From Candidatus Uhrbacteria bacterium (GTDB lineage: Bacteria > Patescibacteriota > Patescibacteriia > 2-12-FULL-60-25), in NCBI GenBank assembly GCA_021413945.1, contig JAIOPK010000006.1, positions 390,327-454,326 of the forward strand: DNA of 64,000 nucleotides. Reading direction: 5' to 3'. Numbering within the stretch: position 1 is the stretch's first letter; every line of letters starts with the position of its first letter. This document shows positions 1 through 8,656 of the stretch, one piece after another. The notes under the pieces were generated by a model. It had not been told where the DNA came from, searched no databases, and worked only from the letters and a program-made list of their open reading frames with translations. The position numbers were made by a program, and so were the translations under genes.

Positions 1-2
1 GA

Positions 3-503
3 GATGCGCGTGCGGAACAAGTTGGTGCTTCTGTGCTTGCTAACGTCCATGGAGGAGATGTAGTGATTAACAACTTCGCCTCTTATGGAACGTACGGTAC
101 TCAACATCTGGGTGCCGGTGAGCGTGCGGGTGTTATTGATAGCTATCTCCGTGTGTATGGTCATGTTCCTCGCTCAGAATGTGATTGGCAGGATGCTTTG
201 CGCATTGCCAAAGGCTTGATGCCGATCGTGCGCGTTCAGGAGCGCGAGGCGGAGGCAAAGACGACGTTCAAGGTGATTTACAAGCGGGAAGCGACGGTTC
301 AGGAACGTGATGAAAAAACCGTTTGGATGATGGCGTATGGACTGCGTCCGGCCGTACGCAGTCTTCCGGCCGAGCGTCGTGCGATTCGCATCTACCGCTC
401 GATCTTTGGACACAACCCGCGTAATTCCGGCGAGTGGGATACGATGCGAGCCATCGCTTATGGCGGCGTACCGGTTCCGGGTTTTGCGATCGTAGGCGAG
501 TAG
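3..503 (+). CDS. hypothetical repeat protein, C-terminal fragment (5' end outside window)
   Basis: The frame is open from the window edge, and the track start at 33 is an internal GTG. It has three tandem ~35-aa repeats: GERAGVIDSYLRVYGHVPRSECDWQDALRIAKG / EAKTTFKVIYKREATVQERDEKTVWMMAYG / ERRAIRIYRSIFGHNPRNSGEWDTMRAIAYG. No family recognised. Confidence 0.5.
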   Translation, partial: DARAEQVGASVLANVHGGDVVINNFASYGTYGTQHLGAGERAGVIDSYLRVYGHVPRSECDWQDALRIAKGLMPIVRVQEREAEAKTTFKVIYKREATVQERDEKTVWMMAYGLRPAVRSLPAERRAIRIYRSIFGHNPRNSGEWDTMRAIAYGGVPVPGFAIVGE

Positions 504-1111
504 GGTTGTAACGGTTTGTAGCTCATTCGGTGAATGGGCGTGGCACCTAGTCGTTTTAATGCGGCTAGGTGCTGTTTTGTTCCGTAGCCCTTGTGGTCGG
601 CAAAACCGTAGCCCGGATATATCCCATCGAGTCTTTCAAGTTCGATATCCCGCTCCACTTTGGCGATGATCGACGCGGCGGCAATCGATTTCACCAGCCG
701 ATCGCCTCCGATGACGCGGCGGCAGGGGATGGCGATATTTGGAATCATGAAGCCGTCGACGAGGATCGTTTGTGGCTGTATCGACAATGACTCGATGGCG
801 CGGCGCATCGCTAAGAATGCGGCTTGGCGGATATTTAATCGATCCACTTCTTCATGCGATGCGGTGCCGACGGCCCAGGCGGTGGCTTTTTCTTTGATAT
901 CGACGATGACGCGTGTGCGCTGGTCGAGGCTTAGTCGCTTGGAGTCGCGTATGAGGCCGATGCGCGAGTCGAGCGGAAGAATGACGGCGGCGGCATAAAC
1001 CGGGCCAGCCCAGCAGCCGCAGCCGGCTTCATCGACGCCGGCGATCAGCGAAAAGCCTTGGGCGATGAGTTCTCGCTCGAGCTTGAAAGTCGGGGTCGGG
1101 ACGGCTACCAT
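458..1111 (-). CDS. rnhB: ribonuclease HII
   Basis: 217-aa ORF with the GVDEAGCGCWAGPV...DSKRLS catalytic region and a C-terminal DHKGYGT motif typical of RNase HII. Confidence 0.9.
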   Translation of the reverse strand: MVAVPTPTFKLERELIAQGFSLIAGVDEAGCGCWAGPVYAAAVILPLDSRIGLIRDSKRLSLDQRTRVIVDIKEKATAWAVGTASHEEVDRLNIRQAAFLAMRRAIESLSIQPQTILVDGFMIPNIAIPCRRVIGGDRLVKSIAAASIIAKVERDIELERLDGIYPGYGFADHKGYGTKQHLAALKRLGATPIHRMSYKPLQPYSPTIAKPGTGTPP

Positions 1112-1117
1112 TCGATT

Positions 1118-1519
1118 ATGAGACTTATTGGATTGGATTATGGGTCGGCCCGCATCGGGATTGCTTTGGGTGATACGGTTACCAAGGTCGCTTCACCGTG
1201 GAAAATCATGATTAATGACTCGTTCGAAGACACGGTACAACGCCTTCAGGAATTGATGAAGCATGAGAAGGCCGAGGCGCTCGTGGTGGGTGTTCCGCGA
1301 CCGTTAGGCGATCAAAGCCGAGTGACGGATCAAGCTCAAGAAATTCTCACGTTTGCCGGAAAACTTCGTGAAGCGGGTTTTGTCGTGCACGAGTGGGACG
1401 AGACACTGACATCGAAAGTTGCCGCGGATCAGCAGAAGGAAATGGGAGCGCGAGGAAAGCGCGATGATTTGGCCGCAGCAGCTATTTTGCAGAATTACTT
1501 GGATGCCTTACCTGCGTGA
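1118..1519 (+). CDS. ruvX: YqgF/RuvX Holliday-junction-resolvase-like nuclease
   Basis: The N-terminus MRLIGLDYGSARIGIALGD is the YqgF signature. I chose the ATG at 1118 over the track start at 1058, which would overlap the rnhB start. Confidence 0.85.
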   Translation: MRLIGLDYGSARIGIALGDTVTKVASPWKIMINDSFEDTVQRLQELMKHEKAEALVVGVPRPLGDQSRVTDQAQEILTFAGKLREAGFVVHEWDETLTSKVAADQQKEMGARGKRDDLAAAAILQNYLDALPA

Positions 1520-2177
1520 CCGCGTTTTTATTTTGAAGAATGAACCGTTCCGCGAGCATGATGCGCGCGTTGTTATGTATGGGCGCGAGCATGGGAAATT
1601 GTCAGCCGTGGCGCGAGGCGTTCGTCGAATGAGTGCAAAGCAACTTGGCCATCTGGAGCCGTTGACGAATGCGGACGTGATGATTGCTGTCGGGCAGTCG
1701 TTCGACAAACTTGCGGTCGCGCAGACGGTTATGCCGCGGACGGGATTGCGCGAAGATTTGGGAGCGATGGCTGTGCTTGGGCCGTTGGCACATCTAGTCG
1801 AGAGTTTGACGCGTCCGGGAGTTGCGGATCTCTCGATTTATGAATTACTCGAGGAGACAGCGGATTTGTGGCAATCGACGGATCGGCTTCCAAGTCCGGA
1901 ACGAGGCCGACTGATTCTCGCCGCGGCATCGCTTCGACTGCTTGATGCACTGGGCGAAGCGCCGGATTTTGACTTGATCGACCATAAGGATTTACCGGAA
2001 GGTGCGATGACATTGCTACGTTTTATGCGTTTGCGGCCGTTGAGGGATTTGCTCGCGGTTACAGCTCCATCGACGCTATTTGTGGCGACGAGTGCGATGG
2101 TAGAAACCGCGCTTGAACGGACGCCGCTCGCGACAAACTTGCATGGACCGGCGACGATTTACGCCTTACTTGCCTGA
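1503..2177 (+). CDS. recO: DNA repair protein RecO
   Basis: MPYLRDRVFILKNEPFREHDARVVMYGREHGKLSAVARGVRR matches the RecO N-terminal OB-fold pattern. The ATG at 1503 overlaps the ruvX end by 17 nt. Confidence 0.8.
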   Translation: MPYLRDRVFILKNEPFREHDARVVMYGREHGKLSAVARGVRRMSAKQLGHLEPLTNADVMIAVGQSFDKLAVAQTVMPRTGLREDLGAMAVLGPLAHLVESLTRPGVADLSIYELLEETADLWQSTDRLPSPERGRLILAAASLRLLDALGEAPDFDLIDHKDLPEGAMTLLRFMRLRPLRDLLAVTAPSTLFVATSAMVETALERTPLATNLHGPATIYALLA

Positions 2178-2250
2178 TAACGGTCCGACTGGTTCAATCG
2201 ATTCGGCTTCTTGCTTTCCGTAACGTGTAAACCACAACCGCAAACCAGGG

Positions 2251-3108
2251 GTGTACATGCAACGAGCGAGTGTCCGTGAGCGATCGAGCCAGTCCGTGCG
2301 TTCGAACCCCGGCAAGCAGCCAAAGACGGTGCTGAGGGTGATCGACGGCGGTACGAGCGTTTTGCCGAACTGGCAAGAGCTTCTTGGGCTCCTTCTCTAC
2401 TTTTTTGCACATCGCAAGAAGAAGCAGGATGTCGCCGCGATTCCGGAGAAGGACGCCGATCCCGCGTTCTTTGACGAGGTTCCCGATACGGGTGTCCATG
2501 AGATTCCTGCGTATCGTCCGGCCGTCGAGGTACTCGACGGCGAGGTCACGGACGAGCGTCTCGACGAGATTCTGCGTGAAGCAGAGCCGATGCCCAAGGT
2601 TCGGTTCCGGGTGTCGGGCGAGAAGCTCAAGCCGGTGCCGAAGGAACGGAAGCCGTTCGTTCCCGAGGAGGAACGCGATGCGTTCCCCAAGCACGTGTCC
2701 TCGCACGCGCTCGGACAGTTCGCGAGAGCCTATCTGAAGGCGCGTGGGAGGCTCGGTGAGTTCATCGACAGGCTCATCGAGGCGAGGCTTGGCCGACGAA
2801 AGGCCGACGCGCTCGATTACCCGGAGCGCCTGACGATGCGGCGTCTCGAACGCCGCGCTATGGCGAACCACCTCCTCCGCATCTCGCGTGACGAGGGCCA
2901 GCGTCTTCGAGACACGCAAGAGCGTCTCGAGGACCACATCGACGTGATCCACATCGCGCGCGGACCGACGAAGTCGTTCTTTCTGCGGTTCGATCCTTCG
3001 ACGGGCGTCGTCTTGAGCTTCCACAGCGCTCAGGGCTTTAACCGCCACAAGGCGTATCGCCACGCTCGGAAGAAGAGCTTCCGGGAGGGCGGACGCCGCT
3101 TCCACTGA
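2251..3108 (+). CDS. hypothetical basic protein with GC3-rich codon usage (foreign-looking)
   Basis: 285-aa ORF. Third codon positions are dominated by G/C (GAG, AAG, CTC, GAC, ATC), unlike neighbouring genes. It has one hydrophobic stretch (LLGLLLYFFA) followed by an Arg/Glu-rich helical region. No family recognised. The equally long antisense ORF lacks the GC3 pattern. Confidence 0.55.
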   Translation: MYMQRASVRERSSQSVRSNPGKQPKTVLRVIDGGTSVLPNWQELLGLLLYFFAHRKKKQDVAAIPEKDADPAFFDEVPDTGVHEIPAYRPAVEVLDGEVTDERLDEILREAEPMPKVRFRVSGEKLKPVPKERKPFVPEEERDAFPKHVSSHALGQFARAYLKARGRLGEFIDRLIEARLGRRKADALDYPERLTMRRLERRAMANHLLRISRDEGQRLRDTQERLEDHIDVIHIARGPTKSFFLRFDPSTGVVLSFHSAQGFNRHKAYRHARKKSFREGGRRFH

Positions 3109-3115
3109 CTACCGG

Positions 3116-3145
3116 CCCCCGTTATCTATCGACAGATAACGGGGG
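3116..3145 (+). terminator. 12-bp perfect hairpin after the GC3-rich ORF and upstream of asnS
   Basis: CCCCCGTTATCT-ATCGAC-AGATAACGGGGG. There is no clear U-tract, so its terminator function is uncertain. Confidence 0.4.
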
Positions 3146-3168
3146 CTTCGCTATTGTGGCGGCTATCT

Positions 3169-4461
3169 ATGAAGGCATTTATCAAGGATTTTTCAACGCT
3201 TGTCGGTCAAGAAGCTACCATCTCCGGATGGGCTTATAACGTTCGATCGAGCGGGTCGATTGCTTTTTTGCAGATCCGCGACGGAAGCGGGTTTACGCAA
3301 GCCGTCGTCGCCAAGAATGGGATCGACGAGGCGAGCTGGACTGCGGCCGTTGAAGCGACGATCGAGTCGTCCGTCATTGTGACCGGTACGGTTTCAAAGC
3401 ATCCGAAGCAGGAAGGAGTTTATGAATTGCAGGCGACGAAAGTAGAACTCGTACAGAAGGCCGAAGAGTTTCCGATTGGAAAGAAAGAACATGGTCCGGA
3501 CTTTTTGCTCGACCAGCGTCATCTTTGGCTGCGCACGCCGACGCAGTGGGCGATTCAGCGCGTTCGCAACGAAATCATTACAGCGACGTACGGCTGGATG
3601 CACGACAACGGCTTTACAAAAATCGACTCGCCGATTTTTACGCCTAGCGCTTGTGAAGGAACGACAGATTTGTTCGAGGTTGATTACTTTGGAGAACGTA
3701 AAGCGTATCTTTCGCAATCGGGACAATTGTATTTGGAAGCGGCAATCGGATCGGTTGGACGCTGTTTCGACTTTGGTCCGGTGTTTCGTGCCGAGAAATC
3801 AAAGACACGTCGTCATTTGACCGAGTTTTGGATGATGGATGCGGAAGCGGCGTTCGTCGATCATGAAGCGAACTTGAAGACGCAGGAAGAATTGGTTTGT
3901 TTTATCGTCGAACGTGTTTTGAAAAACTGCCAACCTGAGTTGAAAATTCTTGAACGCGACCAAGAGCCTTTGAAGAAAGTACAAGCTCCGTTTATTCGAA
4001 TGACTCACGCTGAGGCGATTAATTGGCTTCGTGAGCATGGTTCGGACATTGGAGACATGGACGATCTTGGTGCGGATGATGAGACGTTGATCACGAAAGC
4101 TCACGAGAAGCCGATTTTTGTTGAAAAGTATCCGGCGGCCGTGAAAGCGTTCTACATGAAGCGTGATCCTTCGGATCCGACGCGTGTGTTGAACGCCGAC
4201 CTGCTTGCGCCTGAGGGGTATGGTGAAGTGATCGGAGGATCACAGCGTGAGGATAACCACGATGCTTTGCTCGAACGTATTCGCGAACACAAGCTTCCGG
4301 AGAAGGATTTTCAGTGGTATCTCGACCTTCGTAAATATGGAAGCGTTCCGCATTCGGGATTTGGATACGGTCTTGAGCGTCTGACGACTTGGATTTGCGG
4401 AATTCACCATGTCCGCGAGACGATTCCGTTCCCTCGACTAATGAACCGATTAGAACCGTAA
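3169..4461 (+). CDS. asnS: asparaginyl-tRNA synthetase
   Basis: Class IIb aaRS with an N-terminal OB fold (FLQIRDGSGFTQAVV) and motifs FRAEKSKTRRHLTEFWMMD and GFGYGLERL. The ~430-aa length and sequence are AsnRS-like. ATG at 3169. Confidence 0.9.
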   Translation: MKAFIKDFSTLVGQEATISGWAYNVRSSGSIAFLQIRDGSGFTQAVVAKNGIDEASWTAAVEATIESSVIVTGTVSKHPKQEGVYELQATKVELVQKAEEFPIGKKEHGPDFLLDQRHLWLRTPTQWAIQRVRNEIITATYGWMHDNGFTKIDSPIFTPSACEGTTDLFEVDYFGERKAYLSQSGQLYLEAAIGSVGRCFDFGPVFRAEKSKTRRHLTEFWMMDAEAAFVDHEANLKTQEELVCFIVERVLKNCQPELKILERDQEPLKKVQAPFIRMTHAEAINWLREHGSDIGDMDDLGADDETLITKAHEKPIFVEKYPAAVKAFYMKRDPSDPTRVLNADLLAPEGYGEVIGGSQREDNHDALLERIREHKLPEKDFQWYLDLRKYGSVPHSGFGYGLERLTTWICGIHHVRETIPFPRLMNRLEP

Positions 4462-4464
4462 TTG

Positions 4465-4499
4465 GAAAGGCCCTCGATCAAGTAGATCGAGGGCCTTTC
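4465..4499. terminator. bidirectional hairpin terminator between the convergent asnS and 4504-5148 genes
   Basis: GAAAGGCCCTCGATC-AAGTA-GATCGAGGGCCTTTC, a 15-bp perfect stem with A/T runs on both sides. Confidence 0.75.
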
Positions 4500-4503
4500 A
4501 GTT

Positions 4504-5148
4504 TCAGTGGATGGTCGGCGAGGCGTCGACCTCGAGGGTGAGCAGACGGGGCTGGACGCGGTAGAGCTTGGCGAGATCGCCGAGGATCTTGTCGCGCCGC
4601 TTGCCCTGCGGGGAGGCCATCGCGAGAACACGCTCGACGAACTTCTTCCGTCGGTGACCGCTCAGGTGCGACCAGAACGCGCCCATGATGTGGTTGCGCT
4701 TGGGCAGATGGTCGATCTTGAAGCGCTTCATCAGCTCGTCGCGCTTGGCGAGGAATTCCGCTTCGCCGGTGTGACTCGCGCGCAGGAGCTCGAGCCGAGC
4801 GAGATCGCGATCCTCGGGCGAGATGTGCTCGAGGTTGTTGGGAAGGCCGGCGGAGACCCACTTCTTGTTGCGGCGCGGAAGCTCGCCGGGCTCGACCGGA
4901 CGATGGCTCGGGACGTCCTTCTTCGACTTCACCTTGGTCTTGGGCTGGCGCTTGCGGGCGGGCTTGGGCTTGAGCTTACGAGTCTCGCGGTCGAGCCAGT
5001 CGTAGCCTCGGGCGCCGACGATCGCGTACTTGGCGACGCGGTCGAATGCTTCCCGGAGACCGGGCCGCAAGGCCTTGATGATCGGCCCGAGAAGACTGGC
5101 GCTGGTCTTGAGACGGGCACGATGTGTGGGCTTGTTTTTGACAGACAC
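4504..5148 (-). CDS. hypothetical Lys/Arg-rich protein with GC3-rich codon usage (foreign-looking)
   Basis: 214-aa ORF. GTG start at 5148 is preceded by AAGGAGG. It has the same GC3-rich codon bias as 2251-3108 and the helicase at 63242. No family recognised. Confidence 0.55.
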   Translation of the reverse strand: MSVKNKPTHRARLKTSASLLGPIIKALRPGLREAFDRVAKYAIVGARGYDWLDRETRKLKPKPARKRQPKTKVKSKKDVPSHRPVEPGELPRRNKKWVSAGLPNNLEHISPEDRDLARLELLRASHTGEAEFLAKRDELMKRFKIDHLPKRNHIMGAFWSHLSGHRRKKFVERVLAMASPQGKRRDKILGDLAKLYRVQPRLLTLEVDASPTIH

Positions 5149-5244
5149 CGAGTGACCTCCTTGTTGAGTTGAATAAGCGAAAGAGCGAACGTGTCAACCT
5201 AGCAAAAAACGCAAATATTGTCAACCCTGCTAGAATGGAGGCAT

Positions 5245-6207
5245 ATGTCACGCAGGCGGAGACGCGGATACGAAGAACATGGACGCCCCCCACAGGCCAC
5301 CCATTGGGTTTGGGCGGGGATTTTGGGAGTTCTTGCAGGAGGTGTTTTTTACGCGTTTCAGACAGTTCCTGTTGGGGTGAGTGGAGAGCGGAAGGTGGAA
5401 AGTGGAATCGGAGAGGTGGCGGTAGAACAAACGGTGACGGCGACTTCGTCGATTTTGCTTGGAGTTGCGGCTCCAAAAGCGGATCGAGATCAGGCGTATC
5501 TGCTTGCGTTGCCCGGTAAGACGATCGAACAGCAGGAGATGGGGAAGGGATGGAGGCTTGGGATGTGGAGTCTGGAATCGGCAGGGGATTTGCGTATGGT
5601 ACCGGCTTCACCGGACGGAAAAGCGCCGATTTTGACGGATGGGGCTGAATGGAATGTGTCGATGAGGAGTCCGAATGGCGAGCCATATATCGAGCCGCGT
5701 ATTGTCGGACTAGCCGATGAGACCCATGTGTTTGTGATCGCAACGACGGATGCGAGGAAGTTGCTTCTTGTTTCACGCTCCGGAGAAATACGTTCGATTT
5801 ATGATTTACCGGAGTACGTGAACGCGCTCTCGAGCACGGATGGCCATGCTTGGTTTTCAACATTTGTTCCGGGCGAAGGCATCGAGTCGGAGCCGATGGG
5901 TCCTTCCCGGCTTATTCGCGTTTCTGTTTCCGGTATTCAGGAATCACTGGCGGAAGAGACGCGTTTTATTGTTTCCGTGACGCCGGGGCCGGATGGGGCG
6001 TTGGCCTATCGAACCGATGATGGCGATGTCGTTGTAACGGCGATGGATAAGCGCTGGAGCGGAAATGGTATTCCGCTGTTGTGGCTCGATCAAAATCGAA
6101 TTTTGTTATCGCAGGGACGCAGTGTCTTTGTCTTGGACATGAGAGCCTTGTCTTTGGAGTTGTTGCAACAGCTGCCGGCTGCGCCATCGGCGGCGCATAT
6201 GTTATAA
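5245..6207 (+). CDS. hypothetical membrane-anchored protein, possibly beta-propeller-like
   Basis: ATG at 5245 (MSRRRRRGYEE...), one N-terminal TM helix (WVWAGILGVLAGGVFYAF), then a beta-rich extracytoplasmic region. Confidence 0.55.
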   Translation: MSRRRRRGYEEHGRPPQATHWVWAGILGVLAGGVFYAFQTVPVGVSGERKVESGIGEVAVEQTVTATSSILLGVAAPKADRDQAYLLALPGKTIEQQEMGKGWRLGMWSLESAGDLRMVPASPDGKAPILTDGAEWNVSMRSPNGEPYIEPRIVGLADETHVFVIATTDARKLLLVSRSGEIRSIYDLPEYVNALSSTDGHAWFSTFVPGEGIESEPMGPSRLIRVSVSGIQESLAEETRFIVSVTPGPDGALAYRTDDGDVVVTAMDKRWSGNGIPLLWLDQNRILLSQGRSVFVLDMRALSLELLQQLPAAPSAAHML

Positions 6208-6218
6208 TTTGGCGGAAT

Positions 6219-6491
6219 ATGGCAACACCCTCGCGGCACCTTCAAACCGGCTGGATCAAGGTCTGGATCAGCCTCGGCTTGGTCATAACCCTGATCGGTT
6301 TCGTTGCGTCTGCCGGAATGAAAAATCACGCTCGCGGAGAGGTACAGCGTTATCAGGAATGTGCGGCCGGTCGGAGAGATGATTGCCGAAAGAGCTTGGT
6401 TTGGGTCCTTTACGAGCAAGCACTCAAGCAGGAAGGCGGATCCGGTTTATTGATGGAGAGCATCAAAGCGGAGTCGAGTCTGTACAAATAG
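6219..6491 (+). CDS. small hypothetical membrane protein
   Basis: 90-aa ORF from the ATG at 6219 with one TM helix (WIKVWISLGLVITLIGFVASAG). The longer track ORF would overlap the previous gene. Confidence 0.4.
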   Translation: MATPSRHLQTGWIKVWISLGLVITLIGFVASAGMKNHARGEVQRYQECAAGRRDDCRKSLVWVLYEQALKQEGGSGLLMESIKAESSLYK

Positions 6492-6520
6492 AGAGGTTTT
6501 GCGTCATTTAAGCTTTTCTG

Positions 6521-7936
6521 GTGAGATATTGGCCTATGAAACGGACGATGATATTAGACATGGTCGACAAGGTCGGAGAGGAAGTCTGGCTGAAAGGCTG
6601 GGTCCATAATCGACGCGACATGGGGAAACTGGCGTTTATCGATATGCGCGACCGCAGCGGTTTGGCGCAGGTCGTTTTTGTTCCGGCAGAACTCGACGAT
6701 ACGTCGAAAGACTTGGTCGGGAATCTCCGTCCCGAGTTTTGTATCGCCGTACGCGGGATTGTGAACAAGCGCGGAGCTAAACAGATTAACGAAACGTTGC
6801 CGACGGGAACGGTTGAGGTGCTCGCCAAAGAACTCGTTATTTTGAACGAGTCCAAGACGCCGCCGTTTGGATTGGAGGATACGGCGGGTATTAACGAGGA
6901 ATTGCGTTTGAAGTATCGCTATTTGGATTTGCGATCGCCACGCATGCTCAAGAACCTGATTCTTAGGGACAACGTCAATCGCTTTTTCCGCGAGTATCTC
7001 CATGCACAAGGATTTATCGAGGTAGAAACGCCGATCTTGACCAAGGGTACGCCGGAGGGAGCGCGTGAATTTCTCGTGCCGTCACGTTTGCACGAGGGAC
7101 AGTTTTACGTGTTGCCGCAATCTCCGCAGCAGTTCAAGCAATTGTTGATGGTCGGTGGCGTGGAAAAATATTTCCAAATCGCGCGATGCTTCCGCGATGA
7201 AGACCAACGTGGCGACCGTCAGCCGGAATTTACTCAACTCGATATGGAAATGTCATTCGTCGAGCGCGAGGACGTCATGCAATTGGTCGAGTCGATGATG
7301 ATTGAGCTTGTGAAAGCCGTCGCACCGGAAAAGCGCATTCAACAAGTTCCGTTTCCTCGTTTGAGCTATGCCGAGTCGATGGAGAAGTATGGAAATGACA
7401 AACCGGACTTGCGCGAGGATAAGAATGATCCGAACTTGCTCGCGTTTTGCTGGGTGATCGACTTTCCATTTTTTGAAAAGACCGATGAAGGAGGGTGGAC
7501 ATTTAGCCACAATCCTTTCTCTGCGCCAAAACCGGAGCATATGCCGTGGCTCATGGAGAAAACGAATGTCGGCGAGATTTTGACAACGCAGTATGACATC
7601 GTCCTCAACGGTTTTGAAGCCGGTGGCGGCAGTATTCGAAATCACCAGCCGGAAGCTCTACAAAAAGTATTTGAGGTTCTTGGATTTGGCAATGAGGAAA
7701 TTCAATCGCAATTTGGTCATATGATCGAGGCGTTTGGATTTGGCGCTCCTCCGCACGGAGGTATTGCGCCGGGAATCGACCGTATCGTGATGATTTTGGC
7801 GAATGAACCAAATATCCGTGAAGTGATTCCGATTCCAAAGACGGGCGATGCTCGCGATATGATGATGGGAGCGCCGAGTCCGGTTAGTGAAAAGGCTTTA
7901 GAGGATGCACATATCAGTATACGAAAACCCAAGTAA
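6521..7936 (+). CDS. aspS: aspartyl-tRNA synthetase, short form lacking the bacterial insertion domain
   Basis: OB fold (FIDMRDRSGLAQVVF), motif 2 (FRDEDQRGDRQPEFTQLD) and motif 3 (GGIAPGIDRIVM). The sequence goes directly from KPDLRE to FCWVIDFPFFE, where bacterial AspRS normally carries a ~130-aa insertion. Confidence 0.9.
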   Translation: MRYWPMKRTMILDMVDKVGEEVWLKGWVHNRRDMGKLAFIDMRDRSGLAQVVFVPAELDDTSKDLVGNLRPEFCIAVRGIVNKRGAKQINETLPTGTVEVLAKELVILNESKTPPFGLEDTAGINEELRLKYRYLDLRSPRMLKNLILRDNVNRFFREYLHAQGFIEVETPILTKGTPEGAREFLVPSRLHEGQFYVLPQSPQQFKQLLMVGGVEKYFQIARCFRDEDQRGDRQPEFTQLDMEMSFVEREDVMQLVESMMIELVKAVAPEKRIQQVPFPRLSYAESMEKYGNDKPDLREDKNDPNLLAFCWVIDFPFFEKTDEGGWTFSHNPFSAPKPEHMPWLMEKTNVGEILTTQYDIVLNGFEAGGGSIRNHQPEALQKVFEVLGFGNEEIQSQFGHMIEAFGFGAPPHGGIAPGIDRIVMILANEPNIREVIPIPKTGDARDMMMGAPSPVSEKALEDAHISIRKPK

Positions 7937-7939
7937 TCC

Positions 7940-8656
7940 ATGGCTTACGAAGTTCACATCGAGAAATTCGAGGGTCCGCTGGACCTGCTCTTGCAGCTTG
8001 TCGAGAAGCAAGAGATGGAGATTACGAATATCTCGCTTGTGGCGGTGACGGAACCATTCGTAAAACATATTCGAGAACATCAGGGAAAGATTGCTCCGGA
8101 GGATTTGGCGGATTTTCTTGTTGTTGCGGCGAAGCTCGTGTATTTGAAGTCGAAGGCCTTGCTACCCGATCTGTCGGAAGACCTCGATGAGGGTCCGGAT
8201 CTGGAGACGCAGCTACGCATGTATAAAGCGTTCGCGGAAGCGGCAAAACAGATCGGCGAGCGGTGGTTGGAGGGACGAGAGGCTTTTGCTCGGACACAGC
8301 GTGTCGTGAAGCAGACGGTACCGGTTTTCTCTCCGCCGACGGGTGTGACGCCCGCGTTATTGAAGGAGCTTTACGAACGCGCCGTTAAACGACTTGAACC
8401 GATCTTGAATCTTCCAAAAGCCGCCATCGAACGCGCTATTACGATTGAAGAGAAGATCGAGCATCTGCGCGCGCGTGTTTCATCGATGCTACAGGTATCC
8501 TTTCACCGATTTCTTGCGGATTCGCATGATCGCGGAGAGATGGTTGTGGGTTTTTTGGCCTTGCTAGAACTGATCAAACAGCGCATTGTACGTGTCGAAC
8601 AAGGGAAATTATTCGACGATATCCAACTGAAGCGTGTTGAAACTTCTCAAGTATGA
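7940..8656 (+). CDS. scpA: segregation and condensation protein A
   Basis: FEGPLDLLLQLVEKQEMEITNISLVAVTEPF is the ScpA signature. It is followed by scpB with a 4-nt overlap. Confidence 0.85.
   Translation: MAYEVHIEKFEGPLDLLLQLVEKQEMEITNISLVAVTEPFVKHIREHQGKIAPEDLADFLVVAAKLVYLKSKALLPDLSEDLDEGPDLETQLRMYKAFAEAAKQIGERWLEGREAFARTQRVVKQTVPVFSPPTGVTPALLKELYERAVKRLEPILNLPKAAIERAITIEEKIEHLRARVSSMLQVSFHRFLADSHDRGEMVVGFLALLELIKQRIVRVEQGKLFDDIQLKRVETSQV

Noticed and set aside
2194-3105. 303-aa minus-strand ORF antisense to 2251-3108
   Set aside because: The plus-strand frame shows strong G/C enrichment at the third codon position and the antisense frame does not. Long antisense ORFs are expected in GC-rich DNA.
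4507-5863. ORFs 4507-5172 (+, 221 aa) and 4976-5863 (-, 295 aa)
   Set aside because: The first is the antisense shadow of the GC3-rich gene 4504-5148. The second is a Ser/Pro/Arg-rich shadow overlapping both that gene and 5245-6207, with no start context.
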